A stretch of 64,000 bases of DNA from Parasitella parasitica NRRL 2501 (GCA_025201805.1 MU619265.1:215466-279465), one strand, 5' to 3'; positions 1-10,448 are shown, counted from the stretch's first letter. Notes: generated by a model not told the origin, from the letters alone. Numbers and translations: made by a program.

Positions 1-162
1 CGTAGACTATATAGTCTATTGAATGTACCAGATCCAATGGTTGCTTATTATGGCCAGCCCATTGAGCAGTTACAGCATCAAAATATACAACAGCCGTCAT
101 TGCAAAACCTTCAAATTCAACAGCAACAGCAACAGCAAGAGCAAGAGCAGCAGCAGCAGCAG

Positions 163-194
<32 letters not shown>

Positions 195-210
195 GCAACA
201 ACAACATCAT

Positions 211-250
<40 letters not shown>

Positions 251-1976
251 CATTCAGACAACAAACACAAGCGCAACAACCATCTTCAAGTCAAGCTCAA
301 GACGTGCACAATGAAGAAATTCATCTAAATGATATCAAACGCATGAAATCAACTCAAATGAACCGTAAATTCACCAATTCACATCGCGTTGGTAAACGCT
401 CTACATTGATGGAAACACCTAGTCCAACTACAGCATTTGTTACCAACAAAACTGATGAAAACAACAGTATTCATAGCAGTCGACCCCACAGTTTAACATC
501 TTCAATGAAGCGAACCTCGCTGAATGAATTAGAAGGGGATTTATCTCAGATGAGTGTGAGTAGTGCAACTCGAATATACACGCACAAATATACCAAATCT
601 GTACCCAAAGCCAAGAGCTTTTATTTTGCAGAATTGGGTGCATTACAGCATTTCATGTTGAAGCATATCGCCGTTCTCTATTTGGAAGAAATCTTGCACG
701 ATCATTTTACCCTGGAAGAGCTCGCTGATTTGATTGATGATAGAAAGAATTCAACATTGTGGGGCAAATTCGTCACTAGCTTAAAGGCTGGTGGCAATAA
801 AAAAGTGCCGAGGGCGAAAGGTAATTATTACTTACTAGCTAGTTTTGAAGAGTAATTAACTGAATGATTTAATAGAGGGAACATTTGGTGTGTCAATTGA
901 TATTTTAGTCGAAAAGAATGGAATTGAATCAAGTCTTGGTGTCGGCCCGACCCGAATTATCAAAATCCCTTCATTTATCGATGACAGCATTTCAGCCATG
1001 AAACAAATGGATATGTCTGTAGAAGGCATCTTTCGAAAAAATGGTAATATTCGTCGATTGAAAGAATTGAGTGAAGAGATTGATAAGAACCCCAATTCCG
1101 TGCAATTTTTAAACGAAACACCCATTCAAGTGGCTGCAATAATCAAAAAATTCTTGAGAGAGCTGCCTGATCCGTTATTAACCTTCAAGTTACATCGTTT
1201 ATTTATCACTGCTCAAAGTAAGTACTTTGTTTGGAGCTTATTCTGAATAAGTTATGCTAATTTAAAGTTTAGAGTTAGAATCAGAACTAGACCGAAAGAG
1301 AGTAACACACTTAGCTTGTTGTCTCTTGCCTAAAACAAATCGTGACACAATGGAAGTATTATTCACATTTATGAAATGGGTATCTCAATTTGCTGATGAT
1401 ACTGATGGCGGGGGTAGTAAAATGGATGTAGTAAATCTAGCTACAGTTATTGCTCCTAATATCTTGTACTCCAAAAGCAAGGATCCTATCAAAGATGAAT
1501 CATTTCATGCTATTGAATCTGTCACTGTTATGATACAAAACGCAGAGGAATTTGCTACGGTTCCTGAAGATTTCATTCCATTATTGCAAAATTTATCGTA
1601 TGAACAAGGTGATATGGAATTGAATGTAAGACACATTTTGAAGAAGTGTGAGGTGGTGATGAAAATGAGAAGGTCCAGATCTGCAGGAGGACCTCTTCCG
1701 CCTCAGTTACCTAGACAACACTCATCACCAGCTGCAGTTACCACTAGTAATATAGATAATCCAATCTATTCATCAGGTGAACAGCAGCAATCGCCAGAAG
1801 CATCATCAGCGCAGCAAAACTATTACTTGTCTTCATCACCCCAAAGTATAGTGTTGGAAGACCCAAATGATAGTCTTGCCCCTCCTACAATACCTCCCAT
1901 CATCCGTTCTCAATCATCCACTCAGCTGAATGGCAATGAAGGAGGGAATCTTTTGATAAAAGAACTCATTCAATAA
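1..1976 (+). CDS. Rho GTPase-activating protein, Lrg1/Rga1-like (5'-partial, multi-exon)
   Basis: RhoGAP motifs MDMSVEGIFRKNGN, AAIIKKFLRELPDPLLT and KMDVVNLATVIAPNIL. The pre-GAP segment YFAELGALQHFMLKHIAVL and GVGPTRIIKIPSFIDD resembles fungal Lrg1/Rga1. GT-AG introns at about 821-875 and 1218-1272; stop at 1974-1976. Confidence 0.88.
118..250 (+). repeat. CAG/CAA polyglutamine tract in RhoGAP
   Basis: Interrupted (CAG/CAA)n run encoding about 40 Gln in ORF 19..855. Confidence 0.95.
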
Positions 1977-2089
1977 TTTATCTTTCTTTCTATTATAAAT
2001 ATTCCCCATTTTCTCTCTACTTGATTGATATGCAGACGACACTAAGCCCTCGCATTTTAATCCTATCTAATTATTAAAATACTTGTAGG

Positions 2090-2665
2090 CTCATTCTCAT
2101 CACAGAGCGTTTTGGATAATTTGGAATGATGTGGGATATGGTTGACCATATAATCAAGTTTGGTAATTTCGGTTGATTCACTTATAACGGTGGTTCGTGA
2201 TGAGATATGAAGTAGGCGTTCAGAAGATCAAGAACTTTTTTTATAACACATTTCATTCAAATTTCAGATGTTGAACTAAAAAGGTATGTGCTATATCAAA
2301 GTTATCTCATAGACCTTTTATGCAACGTCCCACTCGTAGTATTGGTATCTGAGGTAAATCATTGATAATCCTGATTTACATTCATAGTAAAACCCTTTGT
2401 TAGTGGATCTATAGTAATTCTTTGACGGATTTGTTTTATTTGACTTTAGACATAACGCTATAGTGTCTTGAGTGGGTCATGTAATAATTTTTACTAACAA
2501 GAGTGGTATACAAGTCATTTCAAATCTCAGGTACAATACCGATCGATTAGAATAATGTACCACTCTTTGCAATGAAAAAAAAAGCTTACCAAACCTAAAA
2601 GATATAACTAATTCTGACCTCACAGAATTTTATATATAACTTTATCCCTTGGTAAATCTTTTTTA
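2090..2665. ncRNA. Candidate structured ncRNA downstream of Fanzor (omega-RNA candidate; G.U pairs favour + strand)
   Basis: Many inverted repeats: 2095-2103/2197-2205, 2267-2273/2323-2329, 2279-2285/2313-2319, 2329-2335/2470-2476, 2339-2353/2526-2539, AAGAGTGGTA/TACCACTCTT at about 2499-2568, TTACCAA/TTGGTAA at about 2586-2654. T-runs at 2236-2242 and 2659-2664. No ORF. Confidence 0.5.
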
Positions 2666-3052
2666 TGCGGAAGAATCCCCTTCAAATTATGCTCAGAGTC
2701 AAAACAAACAACACCTACATCTCAGACCACAAACAACTACATAATGCAGGCAATATGTTTATTTGAAAGTAAGGACTGTGATTCGGTGGAGTAATGCTTT
2801 CAAATGACAAGAAATTCACAGCGCAGGAAACCATAATACTGATAGAGTAAATGAACTATGAGACCAAGCGAAAGCCACAATATTAAGACCGTTAATAAAA
2901 AATAGCGCAAAGAGTAATTGCATACATACCAACAAAAGAGATGGTTATGTTGTAAAAAAATTATATAGAAGAAAAAGAGAATGAGTTTCTGATAGTAATA
3001 AGCTTTATAGAGTTTCTGAATTTACCGAATATAGCCCTCATCGAGGGCAGGC

Positions 3053-6000
3053 CTATATTTTTTTCTTGTTAAGAAAGACATCAGCAAGTTTGTTGAAATT
3101 GTCAGTTCTTGAAAAACTGGTTTTTGCGTCGAAGGATGGGAATGTCACGCCGAAGACGAGTTGGGCCACACCTGCCAAACCGATCACAAGAGCACTGAGA
3201 GTGTCTCTGTTGTGAGTGATGTGGGCAGACTTGACAGAGATACAGTCTTTATTGACACAAATGAATGCACCTTTGACTGTCTTGACTTGGGTTTGGTCGT
3301 TGTCTCGTACGACACGTAACGGGTGAGAGAGCTTACGAAAGCAGTATGGGCAAGTCTGGGATGTATTATGCTCGTTTGTGTAAAGTACCGAAGAATACAG
3401 GCTATTCTTTTTGGGCTTCCAGTGACCACCATAACGCAAAAAGCCTTTCGTTCGTGAACCAATACCAAGCCCGCGATCACCTACAAACATAACAAGGCGC
3501 TTAAGCCTTTTGTCTTCTTCGACGATGCAATGATTTCGTTCAGCGGAGCATAATTTATCAATGAATTTTCTTTTCCGCAACTCGTATTGTCTCTTCTTTT
3601 TTGCAAGGTGAGCAGAGTTGTAGAAGCTTCGGACCTCCTCAGCACGACTAAACTGTTTGTTCTCCCAGACAAGTAATTCATCAATCGTGTTGACGTCGGA
3701 TAGGCTCACACTGCTCAAGTCGGCTTCAACATCAAACATTCGACTACTGCTTTTAAATTTCAATTTCCTTGTATGGGCCTCTAGGGCACGAGCTCCACTC
3801 CCATAGCTGATATCTGTGCCATGAACTCCGAATGACTTTGGCATTTTGAGGAAGGCAGGTACTTGATTTGCATGTAAGCTTATTGATCCTGAAGATAGAG
3901 TTAGACAAAAAAAAATAGGCGCATCTACTTGAAAATTACCTGTAGCAGGAGATGCTTGTTGCCTATGCAAATTCAAGTGATACAGAAACCTATCCATAGT
4001 AAATACCACTGTTTCTGTCATCGTTACGAGGCCATTATCTGTGCCTGAAAATCGAAGATTTCCTGAATTGAGGAGGTCATCATCAAGCTTGAAGGATGTA
4101 ACATTGCCGAGACACTTGAAATTTGTCTGGCTGATAATATGCTCTTCTTGATCTTGATCTTTTGTAGCAGAGTCAAAACATTCTTGATACATTCGTTGTC
4201 TAAAATTTGCTAGCCTCTCTTTACAACCTAACAATCTTTGATTGATTTCATCCCTTGTGTTTTTCAAATGTTGAATTTGCGTATACAAAGATGTCTGATT
4301 TTTNNNNNNNNNNNNNNNNNNNNNNNNNNNNNNNNNNNNNNNNNNNNNNNNNNNNNNNNNNNNNNNNNNNNNNNNNNNNNNNNNNNNNNNNNNNNNNNNN
4401 NNNNNNNNNNNNNNNNNNNNNNNNNNNNNNNNNNNNNNNNNNNNNNNNNNNNNNNNNNNNNNNNNNNNNNNNNNNNNNNNNNNNNNNNNNNNNNNNNNNN
4501 NNNNNNNNNNNNNNNNNNNNNNNNNNNNNNNNNNNNNNNNNNNNNNNNNNNNNNNNNNNNNNNNNNNNNNNNNNNNNNNNNNNNNNNNNNNNNNNNNNNN
4601 NNNNNNNNNNNNNNNNNNNNNNNNNNNNNNNNNNNNNNNNNNNNNNNNNNNNNNNNNNNNNNNNNNNNNNNNNNNNNNNNNNNNNNNNNNNNNNNNNNNN
4701 NNNNNNNNNNNNNNNNNNNNNNNNNNNNNNNNNNNNNNNNNNNNNNNNNNNNNNNNNNNNNNNNNNNNNNNNNGGAGAGTCAAGCTTCAGAGCCAATAGA
4801 GAAGTTGGTTTTACAATAGGCACAATTTTCCTGACCCATTTAGAGTATCCGGTACTTTTAAGGAGATTATTGGCCATCAGAAAAAAAGGAAGTTGACGAG
4901 CGACAACAAAAGATTTGCTTCTCTGAGGTATGAAAGGCGATACAAAATTGATGATAATTAAGCAAACTCTGACTTCGTTATTATCGATATCGGGTAAAGA
5001 AGCTTTCAATCTGTCTTCACATTCAGTTTCAAGTGTTTTTTCGAGGATGATTCGTCGCATTGTTGTTTTTAGAGTATTAATACGACGGCTTGGTAGGTCG
5101 GTGGTTGTTTGATTCCCTGAATCTTCCTCATTTCGCAGTTCTTGTGCAGCAGTCGGGTTGGCGTCAGCTTGTAGTTCTAATTCCGTCTCCTGGTCATCTT
5201 TGATTGCAGTTGCTGAATGAATTTCACGAGCTTGTTTCTAAATTATGTCATCAGTTATAAATGCATATATCTACTATGTATATATATCTTCATTGATAAA
5301 TTTACCTCCGTGTACAAAACATGTTCATACGTATTAATTCTTTCGCCGCATCGAGTCGCTTTTTTAAACCATTTTATCTGCATTGGGGCGATCATTCATT
5401 GCTTTTATCTGATTAGATTCTTCCTGGCTTCGTTCTTTCTTAAACAATCGCTTTCTTGCATGGTAAGACAATCCAATAAGTAATATATCGTCAACGGGAA
5501 TAGAGCTTGCGTATTGTTTGACATTACGAGCATTTTGACGGTCCCTTTGACGATCTAAATAATCTCGTTTTTTAGCCTCACGCAAGGGAGCTAAATGAAC
5601 ACGAAGGAGAGCAAGCAGCAAATGATTAAGCAGGGAATAGAACGCCTTGTTGTTGGACCACATGTTTAGGAAATAAGTTTTGTATTTCGCCAAAGCCATC
5701 TTCATGATAAAGGGATCTGCTTCGATATCTGATTTATTTGTGATAGGAAGTGCCGATATTATAGTTTTTTCGATTCGACGGTTGTCCTTTGTACCTTCTC
5801 TAATACCAAGTTTACCAAAATATTCAGAATGAATACGATCCAAGTGGCTGTTATTAAAAAGTTTATCAAATTCTTGAGTGAAGATTTCATTCGATAGACA
5901 ATCGCCTGGTAACGGTGGCGGCATTTGTCCAAACCGCGGATCGAAATGATATCCTGCTGGTAAAACATAGGCAGGATCTGGGCCAGTTTTGGGTTCAAGA

Positions 6001-6758
6001 GCTACACGATCATTTTCATGCAAGACAAAGGATGACGTTTCAAATAGCAAGACGATTTTCAATATCTGTAAGCTGTATCTAATAATGTAGTCTGTAGCAT
6101 GTGTCGTAGCTTGCGATATTCTATTAAAAAATTCTTGTCTAATATCTTGTGGTAAATCTTCACGGACAATAGATTCTAAGCTGCAACTGATTGTTCTGAC
6201 AAATTCTTTATCATCAACATCTTCGAAAGTAGAAACACTACCAGTTGATTGCTGTTCTGGAGTAAGAGAAGCAGTCGAAGTTTCATTTCCTTTGATTTTT
6301 TCTTTGATTTCTTCAGTAAGAGTAACAAAGTTTTTGTTTATGAAATCTTTCCACAGTTGGATGCCCTTTTTGCCCTTACGAGAAAGTCTGTTTATGTATT
6401 TTTCAATTTCCGTTGTTTGTATTGCTTGACCATCTATAGTGTTCCGTTTTTCAGCCTCTGTCACTGTTCCTTTCGGTAAAGCCTTCATCGATATAAGCAT
6501 ATCCTTCAAAGGTGATACATCATCTTGACCTGATTTGCAGTATGCGTGGATTTGAAACGAGATTCTTCTTCTAAACTCATTTGCATCACGTGAGCCATTC
6601 CCTCGACTGCGTTTGGCTGCCGCTTGACTAGATTCTGCTACCACTTCTGTTTCCTCAATGGCTCTTTTTTTGCCCATTGATTTCCAGCGTGGAGGAGTGT
6701 TTATTTGTGTTACGCCAGGAATATAAGTTAATCGTTGTTTCTTTTTAGTTCTAGCCAT
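3053..6758 (-). CDS. Fanzor1 / TnpB-like RNA-guided RuvC endonuclease (2 exons, one apparent +1 frameshift, internal N-gap)
   Basis: RuvC-I FSGTDNG (D at 4037-4039), VGDRGLGIGSR, RuvC-II NEHNTSQT (E at 3371-3373), Zn finger CPYC...CVNKDC, RuvC-III NRD (D at 3203-3205). Intron 5305-5238 (GTAAAT...TTTAG) joins in frame to the ORF 4248..5060 frame. An extra A at about 5372-5375 truncates ORF 5364..6758. Confidence 0.85.
4304..4773. other. Assembly gap (N run) inside Fanzor ORF
   Basis: N run of 470 nt. Confidence 0.99.
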
Positions 6759-6840
6759 TTTTCATCTGCAAAGGTTATAAAAAAATGAAAAGAGAAAGAA
6801 AAATGGATTGCAGAATCTTCATTTTTATAATGAGAACAAA

Positions 6841-6990
6841 AGGGTCTGATGCATATGTTTCCTGATTTATCTCTGTGTGAGATAAACAATATCGTTCTTC
6901 AATTAGAGGAACAATACGTATTTATCAGTTAATTCCTCGGTGAGGTTTTTATGTCGTAGTATTTTTTGTTTATATGGAGACCTTGGTCCC
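6841..6990 (+). ncRNA. Candidate ~150-nt multibranch structured RNA upstream of and divergent from Fanzor
   Basis: Closing stems AGGGTCT 6841-6847/AGACCTT 6978-6984 and CATATG 6852-6857/TATATG 6971-6976. Internal CTGA 6862-6865/TCAG 6925-6928. Hairpins TTTATCTC 6866-6873/GAGATAAA 6879-6886, GTTCTTC 6894-6900/GAGGAAC 6906-6912 and CCTC 6935-6938/GAGG 6942-6945. Confidence 0.45.
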
Positions 6991-7097
6991 GATTTTATTT
7001 GAGTGAAATTTAATGCATAATAGCAAAACGCAACCTTTTTTTTTATTTTTTTTTAAAGATCAAGTGTATACATGCGGATTATTTTGTTTTTCTTCAA

Positions 7098-10000
7098 TTA
7101 TTTGCTTGCAGCCTTTGCATCAGATACAACCTCTGAGGGTATACCCGCTTCAAGTAGCACTGATTCCGGAAAAGCTTGACCAAATTCAGCACAACTTGTT
7201 TGCAAGATCTGATAAATAATATCTATATATAACAGTCAGTGATTTCTTTTGGACAACACACAATTAATTTAAAAACTTACAAACAGGGAATGATGGAGTA
7301 GATGGATAAAAACGCTTTGCCATATCCTTCAACTTTGATTGCAGTTTTTCTTTTGTAGTACTAGATAACCTAATGATGTTTTCCCAAGCAGCGCGCTGAA
7401 AGTTCCAATTATATTCATCCAATATGTGCATTAAGCTTAATCCTTCTTCGTATAATGATTGGGTATAAGCGCATTCCAGCAAGTCGTACTCAGGAACAAG
7501 TCTAGAGTTCAAATCCTGCAGGATCTTTTTGCTGGGATTCTTTTGTTCAATCAGTGATTCGCACATTGTATATTGCACCTGCGCAACCTTGTATTTGCGT
7601 TCGATGGATTCACACTTTTCTTTACAGAATCCTTCAGCTCGTGGCAGGTATTCGCATGCTTTCTTCAGGGCGTTTACTCTGTGAGATAGGCCGACTTGAT
7701 CAGCCTCTGTCGCCAGCCGATAGACAGCGTCGGCAGATTTGGCAAACTCGTTACGATATGCATAATAGTGCTCGAGCAGTATTAATCTTTGACGAAGATC
7801 AGGTTTTTGTGTTTCGATATATGTGAAGAGTGTGGGTATTTCCAAACTTGTCAAAAGATGATGATGATCGTGTTTATCAAGCCATGCGTAAATAGCGTAG
7901 TGATAGGTGCTTTCGTTTGTCATTTTTAGTGCGTTTGTTATTACGTCTTTAGCGTATTTCTCCTCGTTTATCTCTATAGCTTGTTGGATTACTTCAAGAA
8001 CATTACTGCAAACTTGTGAAAACTCCAAATCCCCACGAGAATAGCTTGCAAACGCAAGTTCAATGGCTGCATTATGATCCCCTAAATCAGAAAACTGTTG
8101 TGTAAGGGCAGTGATTCGCTTATCATTGCAAATATTAATAACATTCTTGAAATGCTGTAAAGCTAAACGCAATGCTTGTTTTTTTTCGCTTTCATTGGTA
8201 TTGCTGTACGCAGCATATAAATTTTCAACACCCTAGACGTAAGATAAATAAGGGCGTGTCTTTTTTTTATACCAAAAACTGTTGTCACCTTAAAGTAAAC
8301 CACATTGTCTTTCCCTAAAAGGGTTACGCATTCGCTATCCAAGAAGTTACCGATAAAGTTGAAATTATTGGAGGCGTTAGATAATTTCGATATCTCTATG
8401 GCTGTGTATACGATGTTTTGGGCTAATATACCACCTTGGTATGTTGTTACAAACTCACAGAATGTGCAGACAGTGAATTTGCTTCCAAGTCTACATAAGC
8501 TAATAAGTTACAAGAGAAAAATACATCGATTATTTGATCTTACTTTGCTACAATTTGTTCCCACTTCAAATCATGTGCAAAAGATATTAGTGAGATAGAT
8601 TCAATTGAAGCCAATACAAGATCCATAACATCCTATAAATGATAATATGAGTAAAAAGACTCGTTTTTATACTTCGACTCAAAATTACCGTTGTTGGGAT
8701 TTGGTTCCGCTGATATTCATGAGCTAGTGCTTTCAGACGTTCTTGAACTACTAAAAATTTACCTTTGGCAAACCTATCAAATATCGATTAACTCTAGCTA
8801 TCGAGTGCTCTATCTTTTCACATACTTTTCTGACTTAATATCTAAGGTCCATATATCTTTGACGAGACGGGCAAAATAAAGTAGCAACCCCTCTTGTTGG
8901 ACAACAGATTGGCGGATCAAGTCTATAGCACGTGATGTTTGTCTCTGTGAACAAGCCAGCACATGAGCGACATAGCAAGTTTCAATAGGTCCATAGCGTT
9001 GTTCGAACTTTTGTAAATTTACAGGCGAGACCGATTGCAATGCTTGTTCTAAATAATCAGCAATGTGTTGTTTGTAATAGCGGACAATTCCACGGGTTGT
9101 TAGTGTTGAAATTTGACGATGTGAGCTAGCAAACGGCTCGAACGTTGCCTTCAACGTAAAGTCTGTCTGTCCGCTTCCTTCCTCTACAATAGACCACACT
9201 TTGTCATCGAATTGTTTGTAATATACATCTTCTACAAGGACTGGCTTTGTCTCTTCGACGGATGCGAAGTTTGTGCCGGTCAAAACTAGGTAGTGCTTTT
9301 CTGATTTAGAAAAAATGGATGCGAAAATTCCTTGCTGGTAAAAGGATAAATTAGCATGCTGATCAGTCAAATCGTTGAATAGAATAGAGCCTGGCAAAGG
9401 TGGTGCTGATCGAGTGAATTTGAGTTTGATATTTGGATATTCATATTGGAAATAGAGTCGATCTCCATTCTTTGCAACTGCCATTAGGCTAGGTTTTTTG
9501 GTATCTTGAACAAGACAAATAGATTCCAGATCTCGTCCCATATAGCGCTGCAACGGAACATAACGTACACCTCCAATTGAAGCAACATGGATGCTGGAAT
9601 CCGATAACAACACGTACAATAAATCCTCTGCTTCGTCCAATGCTAAAGATTTTAAATCAGCAGCAGGAGGAGATTTGAAAAACATATTCAAATAACGTAA
9701 GACCGGGTTCATCGTAAGGCAAGAAAGGCTTCCATCTATTGGAGCACCATTATTGTCAAAAGTGAGGACAAGCTCATACAAATGTCCATCGTCGCCCTTC
9801 ATGAAGACTCTCTTCGTTTCTTTTGTTGCTACAATATCAGACATGACAACGCCAGTTGAATTCACTCTGATACCAGTTGCTAGCTGTATTTTGTGTTGGC
9901 CTTGCGTGATGGTGTGCAAGTAAATGAAATCTCGAGTACAAACAATCAGTTCCTCGCGAGTAGCAAATGCTACGATATCAACATGCTCAATCACTTGGTT

Positions 10001-10448
10001 TGTCTCGTATTTAAACACCTGTGAATCCTTCTTGCAAAAATCCCATAAAAGCAACACGGTTACTCTTGCCAGCCAAACATGATCTATACCCTTCAAGAAG
10101 CCAAGCTTGTAATCGCTGCGGGGCTCTATAATCAACCATGTCAGTAAAAGCATTATGCTGTGCATGGTTTGTAGCATCCTACGTTCAATTTGCCATGCTA
10201 TTTCTTCAGGAAATGTTATATTGCTATGTTCATAAAACGCATCTTCATTGTCTGTGCTGTATTGAAGTATCGTAGAATCTGCAGAATGCGTTAGTACTTT
10301 CATATTTTTCAAGCCTCTGATGGATGAATATACCTTGCAAGTATAGATCGAATTCAACATTTTCTTGGTCTTTATTCTTAATTTTGCAGACTTTCTCGTC
10401 GAAACCAGTGAATATTTGGTTTATTTGAGGCTCAAAAGTGCTGTTCAT
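7098..10448 (-). CDS. Divergent Nup170/Nup155-family nucleoporin-like protein (multi-exon)
   Basis: LGFLKGIDHVWL...LLLWDF and RVFMKGDDGHLYEL match the Nup155/170 N-terminal propeller pattern. The C-terminal helical part has HYYAYRNEFAKSA...LSHRVNALKKA and RFYPSTPSFPV. ATG at 10448, stop at 7098-7100. Confidence 0.7.

Larger units (their letters stand above)
2090..6990 (-). mobile_element. Putative Fanzor-carrying element (no transposase seen; ends uncertain)
   Basis: Fanzor gene with structured flanks lying between the 3' ends of the RhoGAP and Nup170-like genes. An assembly gap inside it (4304-4773) is consistent with a multi-copy repeat. Weak 17/25 inverted match 2133-2157 vs 6966-6990; no clear TSD. 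Confidence 0.5.

Noticed and set aside
23-328. Alternate-frame and antisense ORFs over the polyQ tract (poly-S/N, poly-L)
   Set aside because: Shadows of the CAG/CAA microsatellite
2086-2103. GGCTCATTCTCA resembling the RNase MRP CR-V motif
   Set aside because: It lies only about 110 nt after the RhoGAP stop, with no convincing CR-I partner upstream and at the wrong end of the structured block
2385-2400. TAAAACCCT as a possible telomerase RNA template
   Set aside because: Not a 1.5-repeat template of a telomere repeat I can support for this group
2260-2665. Group I intron (IStron-like) interpretation of the structured region
   Set aside because: Only a partial GATATAG match; no convincing P/Q/R/S core by eye
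4238-4896. ORFs spanning the N run (also at 61324-62129)
   Set aside because: Open only because of Ns
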